From Polyangiaceae bacterium (GTDB lineage Bacteria; Myxococcota_A; Polyangia; Polyangiales; Polyangiaceae): DNA of 64,000 bases. The first letter of the stretch is position 1. Each line of letters starts with the position of its first letter. The translations under genes and the position numbers were made by a program. Below the pieces are notes generated by a model. The model saw nothing but the letters and a program-made list of their open reading frames with translations. It was not told the origin of the DNA and searched no databases. Location: the NCBI GenBank assembly GCA_046351325.1, contig JAXLYR010000002.1, positions 560,334 through 624,333 of the forward strand. Reading direction: 5' to 3'. Shown here one piece after another: positions 10,546 through 18,817 of this stretch.

Positions 10546-11643
10546 TCAATGCGGCGGGTCGATGATGGGCGCGACCGTCGTGACGCCCGCGCCGGCCCAG
10601 GTATGGCCCGCATAGGTGTCGATGAGACAAGCGCCCCCGTCGACGTTGTCGATCTCGATCGCGTAGCCGTTCCCGCTCTTGCGCGAGAAGCCGTAGACCT
10701 TGCCGAGCCAAGCGGCGATCCCGTAGACGCTGCCGTAACCCGTGGCGGTGTCCGAGCAGCTCGGGCGCCGCACGATTTGCCCGCGGACGCTCTTCAGGAC
10801 CGACTGCGTGGTCGACGTCGCGAGCGCGGGCACGTCGAGATCCACCAGCGTGTCGATGTTCGAGCAGCCCGTCGTGTCGGGCGGCGTCGGGCAGTCGCGC
10901 AGCGTGGCGAACCCCACCGGCGAGCCGTTGTTCTCGAAGAACGCGATGTCGCCCGAGAGCTCCCACGTCTTGCCGACGTTCGCCGCGTCGTACGAATGAC
11001 CGTGGCCGTCGTTCGCCGGCACGATGCCGAGCGTCCCGCGCTGCGCGAGGTTGCCGTCTTTGTCGACGCTCCAGAGCTCCCCGGCCGAGTTGCCTGCGAT
11101 GAGCACCTCATCGGTCGGCGACAGCACGCCGCGCGGCGCGAACGTGAGCCCGTAGAAGCGGATCCCCTGGGGGTTGTTGAGCGGGATCGTCTCCGCGCAA
11201 TGCACCGTCGAGCCCTCGATGGTGATTCGATATATGCGTGTCGCAGATATCGCCCAGACCTCACCTGCGTCGTTTACAGCCACGTCAGTCATCGCCGTGG
11301 ACTCACCCGTCCCGCCGATGCAGTCGAAGTCACCGATCTGCGTGAGCGTCAGCGGGCTCACCGACGGGTCGCCTTGAAACAGCGTCGTGTTGTCGTGGAC
11401 GTAGAGCACGCTCGGCGCGGCAGCCCCGCCTGTCCCGCCCCCGCCGTCCGTCATGAAGCTCGAGGAGCTCCCGCCGCTCCCGCCAGCGCCTACCGCAGTC
11501 GCGCCGGCACCTCCGTCTCCACCAGCTCCCCCTGTCGCGCCCGTTCCCCCGCCAGCTCCCCCCGACCCATCGTCGCCGCAGCCCATCCCGACGATGCCGA
11601 AGACCACAGCAAGCCAAAGAGCGTTCGATAAGGGCAAGCGCAT
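10546..11643 (-). CDS. Hypothetical secreted lipoprotein with a Gly-rich linker
   Basis: Start MRLPLSNALWLAVVFGIVGMGCGDDGSGG (signal peptide plus Cys). The upstream part of the six-frame ORF only reads through the tandem repeats. First gene of the operon, 17 bp before the next gene. Confidence 0.6.
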   Translation of the reverse strand: MRLPLSNALWLAVVFGIVGMGCGDDGSGGAGGGTGATGGAGGDGGAGATAVGAGGSGGSSSSFMTDGGGGTGGAAAPSVLYVHDNTTLFQGDPSVSPLTLTQIGDFDCIGGTGESTAMTDVAVNDAGEVWAISATRIYRITIEGSTVHCAETIPLNNPQGIRFYGLTFAPRGVLSPTDEVLIAGNSAGELWSVDKDGNLAQRGTLGIVPANDGHGHSYDAANVGKTWELSGDIAFFENNGSPVGFATLRDCPTPPDTTGCSNIDTLVDLDVPALATSTTQSVLKSVRGQIVRRPSCSDTATGYGSVYGIAAWLGKVYGFSRKSGNGYAIEIDNVDGGACLIDTYAGHTWAGAGVTTVAPIIDPPH

Positions 11644-11654
11644 CCCTGGAGGAT

Positions 11655-11820
11655 AGCCCTTCCCCGACGAGCCCCACGAGTCCTTCGGTCGTGGGGCCCC
11701 CCCTCCAGAGCCCCACGAGTCCTTCGGTCGTGGGGCCCCTCCCTCCAGAGCCCCACGAGTCCTTCGGTCGTGGGGCCCCTCCCTCCAGAGCCCCACGAGT
11801 CCTTCGGTCGTGGGGCCCCG
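11655..11820. repeat. About 4 tandem copies of a 40-bp unit, each carrying a perfect 9-bp-stem hairpin
   Basis: Unit AGCCCCACGAGTCCTTCGGTCGTGGGGCCCCTCCCTCCAG with copies at about 11669, 11709, 11749 and 11789 (last truncated). Hairpin GCCCCACGA-GTCCTTCGG-TCGTGGGGC. No spacers, so not CRISPR. Lies between the divergent starts at 11643 and 11880. Confidence 0.85.
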
Positions 11821-11879
11821 CACGCTGGTGTTCGCTACTGCACTCGACTAAGCCACCGAGGGGCCAGGTCTGGAGAGCA

Positions 11880-14582
11880 ATGACGAGGGACAACGTAACG
11901 TTCGGGCTCGTCGGTGGCGCACGCGCGCCGTTCACGGGCCGCCGCAAAGAGAGTGGGCTGCTCGATCGCGCGCTCGACGCCGTGATCAACCGCGGCGAGA
12001 CGCGGGTCGTCACCCTGCTCGGCTCGCAGGGCACGGGCAAGAGCCGCCTCATCCAAGAGTTCGTGATGCGCCACCGCGCTGGCAATTCGCTCGTCCCGCG
12101 CGTCTATCGCGGCAGCGCGCGCGACGGCGACTCGGCCTACGGCGTGTTCGCGCGCCTGCTCCGCATGCGGTTCGGCCTGGTCGAGGGCATGCCCCTCGAC
12201 GAGCTCAAGAACGCCGTCCGCGAGCAGGTCTCGCGCGTCGTCGGCGATCGCCGCGTCGGCGACGTCGTCTACTACCTCGGCCAATTCCTCGAGGTCCCCT
12301 TCGACGAGAGCCCGCTCACGCGCGCCGTCAGCGACGACCCCGCGCAGGGCCGCTTGCTCCGCCGCGCCGTCGTCAAATCCTTCATCGAGGCCGACGCCGC
12401 GCACAGCCCGCTCTGCCTCGTGTTCGACGACCTTCACGCCGCGCACGCCGACTCGATCGAGCTCCTCCGCTACCTCATCGAGTACCTCTCCGGTCCCGTC
12501 CTCATCGTCTGTGCGGCGCGCCCCGAGCTCCTCGCCCTCGCCGAGGATTGGGCCATCGCCGGCGAGCCTCGCCACGAGACCATCGAGCTCGAGCCCCTCG
12601 CCGACGCCGAGTCTCGCGCCCTCATGTCCGCGCTGCTCGCGCCTTGCGCCGCGCCCGACGGCACCGTCCCCGCGAAGCTCGTTGACAACGCTGTAACCTT
12701 CGCGGCCGGCAACCCCATGCTCCTCGAGCAGATGCTGCGGGTCTATCACGACCGCCGCGTCCTCGAAGAAGAGGCCGCGCTCAGCGACACGCCGCGCTGG
12801 GTCGTCCACCTCGAACGCATCGCGGAGGCCGCGCTCCCGCTCACGATCGAAGACGCGATCCACGCGCGCCTCGCGTCGCTCTCGCAGAACGAGCGTCGCC
12901 TCCTCGAGCTCGCGGCGACCATGGGCAGCGTCTTCTGGACCGCCGGCCTCGTGCCGCTCGTGCGCGCCGGCCGCGAGGCCCCCGACGTCTGGGTGCAGGG
13001 CGTCGGTGACGAGACCGAGAACCTCCGCAAGACGCTCGACGCGCTCGCGCGCCGCGACTTCGTCCTGCGCCTGCCGGACTCTTCGTTCCCCGGCAGCGAC
13101 GAGTACGCCTTCAAACACAACCGCGAGCGTGAGGCCATCCGCGCCCGCACGAGCCCCGCGGCCCAACGTAAGTATCACGCTGTCTTCGCAGATTGGCTGG
13201 ATTTTCAGGCCCACACGCGCTCGAGTGAGGAAGCGATCGTCATGCTCGCCGAGCACCGCGCCGAGGCCGGCGATCTCACCGCCGCAGGCTTCGCTTACCT
13301 CGAGGCCGGCGACGCCGCGCGCGCCGCGTACGCCGCGCAGGCCGCGTGCAACCACTACGAGAAGGGGCTCGAGCTCCTCGGCGACACGAGCGCCTCGCGC
13401 CGCTTGAACGCCCTGCACAACTACGGCGACGTGCTCCTCCTCACGGGGCGCATCGACGACGCGCTCTCCGCCTTCCGCGAGATGCTGACGCTCGCCTACC
13501 AGCTCGACGTGAAGTCGAAGGGTGGGGCCGCGCACAACCGCATCGGCCGCCTCTACCGCGACACCGGCGCCCTCGAGGACGCAGCTCGCTACCTCGAGGC
13601 CGGCATGGCCCTCTTCCTCGCGGCCAAGGACGACCGCGGCGTCGCCTCTTCGATCGACGACATCGGCAAGCTCCAATGGCGCAAGGGCGACTATCAGGCC
13701 GCGCTCGCCTCGCTCCGCGACGGGCTCAGCAGGCGTCGCCGCCTCGGTGATCGCCGTTCGATCGCGCTCAGCCTCAACAACATGGGCATCGTCCTCCAAG
13801 AGACGGGCGAGTTCTCGCAGGCGATCGAGGCCTTCGAGCAGGCGCTCGGCATGCGCCGCGAGATCGGCGATCTGCCCGGCGTCGTCGCGACCCTCAACAA
13901 CCTCGGCACCGTGTTCCAAGATCGCGGCGAGCACGAGAAGGCCCTGCCCCTCTTCGAGGAGGCGCTCGACGTCGCGAAGCAGGTCGGCGATCGCAACAAG
14001 GTCGCCGTCATCCTCACCAACGTCGGCGACACCTTGCACCGCACGGGTCAGGCCGACCGCGCCATCCAGGTCCTCCAGCAGGCCGAAGAGCAGCTCGACG
14101 AGCTCGGCGACAAGCTCGGCCTCGCCGACGCCCTGCGCGCGATGGGTGAGGCCCACCTCGCACGTGGCGAGCTCGTGAAGGCTCGCGAGTGCATCGGCCG
14201 CTGCGTCGATCTCTTCGCCATCGTGCGCAGCAAGGTCCAGCTCGGCATCGCCCTGCGCACCCTCGGTGAGATCACCGCGGCCGGCGGCTGGGGTCCGACC
14301 CACACGCGCGGCGCTCGCGAGTACTTCGCGCGGAGCGTCACCATCTTCGAGCAGACGGGCAACGAGATCGAGCTCGCGCGCACGTTCACCTCGTTCGCGA
14401 AATTCCTCCGCACGCAGGACGACTTCAAGCGCGACGCCTCCGCGCAGGCCGACGCCCAACGGATGGAGGAGTCGGCGCGCTCGATCTTCGCCCGCATGGT
14501 CTCGGCGACGGGCAGCACCGCAGGTCGCCGCACCGCACCGGGCGCGAGCTCGGCGGGCGCACGCAGCCCTGCTCCCAAGTAA
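11880..14582 (+). CDS. STAND-type AAA ATPase (LGSQGTGKSRL) with a long TPR array
   Basis: ATG 11880 is preceded by GGAGAG. Walker A motif, then many TPR-like repeats (…NNMGIVLQETGEFSQAIEAFEQAL…). The in-frame region upstream of 11880 is repeat-derived artefact. Confidence 0.8.
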   Translation: MTRDNVTFGLVGGARAPFTGRRKESGLLDRALDAVINRGETRVVTLLGSQGTGKSRLIQEFVMRHRAGNSLVPRVYRGSARDGDSAYGVFARLLRMRFGLVEGMPLDELKNAVREQVSRVVGDRRVGDVVYYLGQFLEVPFDESPLTRAVSDDPAQGRLLRRAVVKSFIEADAAHSPLCLVFDDLHAAHADSIELLRYLIEYLSGPVLIVCAARPELLALAEDWAIAGEPRHETIELEPLADAESRALMSALLAPCAAPDGTVPAKLVDNAVTFAAGNPMLLEQMLRVYHDRRVLEEEAALSDTPRWVVHLERIAEAALPLTIEDAIHARLASLSQNERRLLELAATMGSVFWTAGLVPLVRAGREAPDVWVQGVGDETENLRKTLDALARRDFVLRLPDSSFPGSDEYAFKHNREREAIRARTSPAAQRKYHAVFADWLDFQAHTRSSEEAIVMLAEHRAEAGDLTAAGFAYLEAGDAARAAYAAQAACNHYEKGLELLGDTSASRRLNALHNYGDVLLLTGRIDDALSAFREMLTLAYQLDVKSKGGAAHNRIGRLYRDTGALEDAARYLEAGMALFLAAKDDRGVASSIDDIGKLQWRKGDYQAALASLRDGLSRRRRLGDRRSIALSLNNMGIVLQETGEFSQAIEAFEQALGMRREIGDLPGVVATLNNLGTVFQDRGEHEKALPLFEEALDVAKQVGDRNKVAVILTNVGDTLHRTGQADRAIQVLQQAEEQLDELGDKLGLADALRAMGEAHLARGELVKARECIGRCVDLFAIVRSKVQLGIALRTLGEITAAGGWGPTHTRGAREYFARSVTIFEQTGNEIELARTFTSFAKFLRTQDDFKRDASAQADAQRMEESARSIFARMVSATGSTAGRRTAPGASSAGARSPAPK

Positions 14583-14867
14583 TCGCAGCGTTGGATTTGG
14601 GGCCACCCTCCCCACCGAACGAAGCGCTCTCTGGCGCTCCGCGCTCGATCGGCTTACATGTCTGTCACCCCATCCAGCGCGCCCCGCGCGTGGTATTTTG
14701 CGCCCATGTCCGCTCCGCGCTCGCTGCGCGCGTTCGCCGAGCGCGACTGGCAGGCCGCCGACGCCGCGAAGGAAGCGTATTGGGTGGAGCGCAAGCGCTC
14801 GGGCGGCCCCGACGACGAACGCGAGGCGATCGGCGCACGCACCTCTTCGTCGCCGGAGTGACAGCGC

Positions 14868-15260
14868 GTGTCGGGCGCCTCGCTCGCTGATCTCCTGCGC
14901 GCGCACGAACTACCGCTCGTGCACTCGCCATCGGCGATCCCCGTCGACATGCTCATCGCCGCGCCAGGGCTCGACGAAGAGCTCCTCGATCGCGCAGTGT
15001 GGCTCGATCTCGGCGGCGTCGAGGTGCCGGTGATCTCCGCCGAGGATCTCGTCGCGCTCAAGTTCCTCGCCGGCCGCCGAAAGGATCTCGAGGACTGTCG
15101 AGGTGTGCTCCTCGAGCGGGCGGCCCGCCTCGATCTCGAGCGCACGAGGGCGCTCGTTCGGGCGTTCGCGGACGCGACCGAAAACCCGAAGCTCCCCGCG
15201 CGCCTCGAGCGCCTCGTGCGCGCCGCGGCCCGTCGACGAAGCTCGCCGCGAACCGGTTGA
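14868..15260 (+). CDS. Nucleotidyltransferase-fold C-terminal-like domain protein; may be the 3' part of a gene interrupted by an in-frame TGA at 14859-14861
   Basis: …PVDMLIAAPGLDEELLDRAVWLDLGGVEVPVISAEDLVALKFLAGRRKDLEDCRGVL resembles the C-terminal helix region of minimal nucleotidyltransferases. The upstream in-frame ORF 14658..14861 has high GC3 and is separated only by a TGA. Confidence 0.35.
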   Translation: MSGASLADLLRAHELPLVHSPSAIPVDMLIAAPGLDEELLDRAVWLDLGGVEVPVISAEDLVALKFLAGRRKDLEDCRGVLLERAARLDLERTRALVRAFADATENPKLPARLERLVRAAARRRSSPRTG

Positions 15261-15291
15261 CGACCGCACGTCGCGCGTCGACATCCTCTTC

Positions 15292-16929
15292 ATGCGGTAC
15301 TCCGGCACGATCTTCGACCCGCTCGGGCGTCGCAGCTTCCGCGGCCACGTCGACGTAGAGGACGGCCACATCGCCCGCCTCGTCGAGGACGCGAGCGTCG
15401 AGCCCTCACGCTGCATCCTGCCCGGCTTCGTCGACGCCCACATCCACATCGAGAGCTCGATGCTCCCGCCCGCCGAGTTCGCGCGGCTCGCGACCGTGCA
15501 CGGCACCGTCGCGGCGGTCTGCGACCCGCACGAGATCGCCAACGTCCTCGGCGTGGACGGCGTGCGCTTCATGCTCGTGGACGCCGCGCGCGTGCCCTTC
15601 CACTTCGCGTTCGGCGCGCCGTCGTGTGTGCCCGCTACCTCGTTCGAGACGAGCGGCGCGACGCTCGGCGCGGCCGAGCTCACGCCGCTCTTCGAAGCGA
15701 GCGACGTGACCTTCCTCAGCGAGGTCATGAACTACCCCGGCGTCCTCGCGGGCGACCCCGAGGTCCTCGCGAAGGTCGCCCTCGCGCGCAGGCTCGGACG
15801 CCCCATCGACGGCCACGCGCCGGGCCTGCGCGGCGAGCCGCTTCGTGGTTACGCGGCTGTAGGCATAAGCACCGATCACGAGTGCACCTCGCTCGCCGAG
15901 GCGCGCGACAAGCTCGACGCCGGAATGAACATCATTGTCCGCGAGGGCTCTGCAGCGCGCGACTTCGAGGCCCTGCACCCGCTCCTCGCGACCCACGCGG
16001 ATCGCTGCATGTTCGGGAGCGACGACCGCCACCCCGACGATCTCGCCGAGAGCCACATCGACGGCCTCGTCGCGCGCGCCCTCGCGCACGGGCACGCTCC
16101 GCTCGAAGTCCTTCGCGCCGCGTGCGTCGTGCCCGTCCTGCACTACGGCCTTCCTGTCGGCCTCTTGCGCCCTGGAGATCCGGCCGATTTCCTCATCGCC
16201 GAGGGGCTCACGGAGCCACAGCGCGGCGCGCTCCGCGTCCTCGAGACCTACGTCGCGGGTCGACTCGTCGCCGCGAACGGCGCACCCCTCCTCGAACATC
16301 ACGGAGCTCGCGAGCTCGGCCGCGTCGCTCACCCTCCGCTCGAAAAGAGCTCGCTCGTCCTCCCCGCCGAGCGCCCCGACGTTCGCGTCATCGGCGTCGA
16401 GGACGGGCAGCTCGTGACCCGCGCGCTCGTTGGGCGGGCTCGCTTGACTGACGGCGCTGTAACCGCCGACCCCCAAAACGACATCCTCAAGCTCGTCGTC
16501 GTCAATCGCTACGGGCTAGCCCCCCCAGCCGTGGCCTTCATTCGTGGGTTCGGCCTCGCGCGCGGCGCGCTCGCGTCGAGCGTCGCGCACGACTCACACA
16601 ACCTCATCGCCGTCGGGGCCTCCGACGAGGACCTCCTCGCGGCCCTCGACGCGATCATCGAGAGCGGCGGCGGCGTCGCGGTGTCGAGCGCGGGTCGGAC
16701 CGACGTCCTCGCGCTGCCCATCGCCGGCCTGATGAGCCCGCTCGACGGCTACGAGGTCGCGCGGCGATATCGCGCGCTCGACGCGCACGCCAAAGCCCTC
16801 GGCTCCACGCTGCGCGCGCCCTTCATGACGCTCTCGTTCATGGCGCTGCTCGTCATCCCCTCGCTCAAGCTGAGCGACCGTGGTCTCTTCGACAGCGAGG
16901 AGTTCCGCTTCGTCTCGCCGCTCTTATGA
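15292..16929 (+). CDS. ade: Adenine deaminase
   Basis: Amidohydrolase motifs PGFVDAHIHIESSM, …DGHAPGL, …STDHE; 545 aa from the ATG at 15292. Confidence 0.8.
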   Translation: MRYSGTIFDPLGRRSFRGHVDVEDGHIARLVEDASVEPSRCILPGFVDAHIHIESSMLPPAEFARLATVHGTVAAVCDPHEIANVLGVDGVRFMLVDAARVPFHFAFGAPSCVPATSFETSGATLGAAELTPLFEASDVTFLSEVMNYPGVLAGDPEVLAKVALARRLGRPIDGHAPGLRGEPLRGYAAVGISTDHECTSLAEARDKLDAGMNIIVREGSAARDFEALHPLLATHADRCMFGSDDRHPDDLAESHIDGLVARALAHGHAPLEVLRAACVVPVLHYGLPVGLLRPGDPADFLIAEGLTEPQRGALRVLETYVAGRLVAANGAPLLEHHGARELGRVAHPPLEKSSLVLPAERPDVRVIGVEDGQLVTRALVGRARLTDGAVTADPQNDILKLVVVNRYGLAPPAVAFIRGFGLARGALASSVAHDSHNLIAVGASDEDLLAALDAIIESGGGVAVSSAGRTDVLALPIAGLMSPLDGYEVARRYRALDAHAKALGSTLRAPFMTLSFMALLVIPSLKLSDRGLFDSEEFRFVSPLL

Positions 16930-18185
16930 ACGCCGCGCGCCCCTTCCGAATGAGCTCTTCGCGGATCGCGTTCGAGACGCCGCTCCGCCCGCAGCTCGCG
17001 TGGGGCGCGTGGGGCCTCGGGCTCGCGCCGATCCTCGTGCGCATCCTCGGGTCACTCCTGCACGTGCCCCAGCCGCCCTTCTGGAAAGAGAGCGTCGAGG
17101 TGAGCTGGGCGCTCTGCCTCGTCGCCGTCGTCGCGTGGGCCGCGTTGCGCGCGCGAGGGCAGGGCGCGAGCGGCACGCTCGAGGTCGAGCCCGACGCGCT
17201 CGCGCTCACGATGGGGTCCACGCGGCGTCGCGTGCCCCGGCAGAAGATCGCGAGCGGCGTCATCTACCAGGACGGCGCGGGCTTCGGCGTCGAGTTCGGT
17301 TTGCCGGGCCGCGTGCTTCGCGTCCGCGCTCGAGACGAGGGCGCCGCGCGTGCGCTCTTGCGCGCGACCGGCTTCGACGCTGGCGCCCATCGCTTGACGG
17401 TCCCCGCGGTGAGCGCGGCTTCTCGGATCCGCGTCGGCTGGGGTCTCGCGGCGCTCGCCGTCATCACGATCGGGTTGCCGTTCTCCCTGCTCGCGCGGTT
17501 CACCCAACTACCCGCGTGGAGCACCTGGGTTTGGGTGTTCGGCTCGGCCGCGCTCGCGGCGGCGGTGCAGCCGCTCTCGGCCCGCGGCACCGTGTCCGTC
17601 GGCCTCGACGGCGTCGAGATCACCGGCATGTTCCGGCGACGCTTCATCCCCTACAAGAATGTCAGCGCTGCGCACGCGGCCGCCTCCGATCTCGTGATCG
17701 AGCTCCGCGACGACGAGCCCCTGCGGGTCCACGTCGGCGACGCCATTCAGGGCGCCTCACCCCACTTGGCGCGCGCGCTCGCCGAGCGGATCCAAGAGGC
17801 TCGCGCGCTCGCCGGCGGCGTGTCCTCCCCCAAAGCTCTGCTCGCGCGCGGCGGACGCACCGTGAGTGAGTGGCGCGCGGCGCTCGCCGAGCGCGTCCGA
17901 AACGCCGCCGGTTACCGCGACGCGCCGCTCGATCGCGAGACGCTCGCGCGCGTCCTCGCCGAGCCCTCGTCAGGCGTGGAGCAACGGGTCGGCGCCGCGC
18001 TCGCGCTCGTCGGCAGCGAGGACCCGGAGGCTCCCGACAAGATCCGCGTCGCGCTCGACACGACCGCCGACGCCGCCGTGGGGCGTGCGCTCCAGGCCGT
18101 GCTCGACGGCAGCCTCGAGGACGCACAGCTCGAGGAGGCGCTCGCCGCCGAAGAGAGCTCCGAGGTCACCTCCAATAGTGACTGA
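16926..18185 (+). CDS. Hypothetical membrane protein with a soluble C-terminal domain and an acidic tail
   Basis: ATGA overlap with the ade stop. Several TM helices (WALCLVAVVAWAAL; GWGLAALAVITIGLPFSLLARF; VWVFGSAALAAAV). Confidence 0.5.
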   Translation: MNAARPFRMSSSRIAFETPLRPQLAWGAWGLGLAPILVRILGSLLHVPQPPFWKESVEVSWALCLVAVVAWAALRARGQGASGTLEVEPDALALTMGSTRRRVPRQKIASGVIYQDGAGFGVEFGLPGRVLRVRARDEGAARALLRATGFDAGAHRLTVPAVSAASRIRVGWGLAALAVITIGLPFSLLARFTQLPAWSTWVWVFGSAALAAAVQPLSARGTVSVGLDGVEITGMFRRRFIPYKNVSAAHAAASDLVIELRDDEPLRVHVGDAIQGASPHLARALAERIQEARALAGGVSSPKALLARGGRTVSEWRAALAERVRNAAGYRDAPLDRETLARVLAEPSSGVEQRVGAALALVGSEDPEAPDKIRVALDTTADAAVGRALQAVLDGSLEDAQLEEALAAEESSEVTSNSD

Positions 18186-18208
18186 CATGTCTGTTATTGG
18201 GTTGATGA

Positions 18209-18817
18209 CTACACGACCTTCGCGAGGACCCGCGCGAGCTCGCCGACGAAGGTCCGATCGACGTGCTCCAGGTCGGCCTCGCGCGGCTGGATGAGGAGGC
18301 CCGTCACGAGCGGCCTCGTGATGAACGGCGGCGGCAAGGGCGGCAGCGCGGGCGCGGCGCGCAGGTAGGTCGCGTAGCCGAAGACGGGCTTGTCGTTCGC
18401 GAACGGCGGGAGCGGCGGGCGTGGCCACTCGTCGACCGCGACGTGGCCGTACGTCGGACTGACGACCTTCGCGAGCCCCTCGAGGAGGAGCGCCGCCTTG
18501 CCGAGCTCCAACCCGCCGCGGAACCGCACCACGATCTGATGAGGGATCCACGCCGACGGTAAGGGCCAATCCACCCCGGCGATCATGGACAGCGTTGTAA
18601 CTCGACCGGCGAGCTCCACGCCGAACGCCGTGCGCGCGCCGCCGACCTCACAAGGGCGCCTCGATCGCTCGACGGTCGCGCGCGGGTCGCGGCAGGCTGG
18701 GGCCCAGCTCGCGTCGCCACGCCCGAGGACCTCGAGCACTGCTGCCAAGCGACCAGCGACAGCGTCGACGTCCTCTCGCTTCGGCGCGTCGTAGAGCCGC
18801 ACGGACAGCGACCTCAC
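18209..18817 (-). CDS. Putative cognate immunity protein for the lipase effector
   Basis: GTG start overlaps the effector TGA (GTGA). About 200 aa with no recognisable catalytic motifs. Confidence 0.45.
   Translation of the reverse strand: MRSLSVRLYDAPKREDVDAVAGRLAAVLEVLGRGDASWAPACRDPRATVERSRRPCEVGGARTAFGVELAGRVTTLSMIAGVDWPLPSAWIPHQIVVRFRGGLELGKAALLLEGLAKVVSPTYGHVAVDEWPRPPLPPFANDKPVFGYATYLRAAPALPPLPPPFITRPLVTGLLIQPREADLEHVDRTFVGELARVLAKVV

Noticed and set aside
11655-11820. CRISPR array
   Set aside because: The units abut directly with no unique spacers, the period is 40 bp, and no cas genes are present.
10546-11823. N-terminal 60 aa of the 425-aa ORF, and the ORFs at 11330..12085 and 11490..11756
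   Set aside because: These read through the 40-bp tandem repeats (repeated GAPRPKDSWGS or RTRGALEGG) and are artefacts of the repeat array.
14859-14861. Selenocysteine recoding of the in-frame TGA
   Set aside because: No SECIS-like hairpin downstream and no selenoprotein family context; a pseudogene or two separate ORFs is more parsimonious.
11835-14906. 1023-aa minus-strand ORF
   Set aside because: Antisense to the AAA-TPR gene, with no domain signatures and composition typical of a mirror frame.
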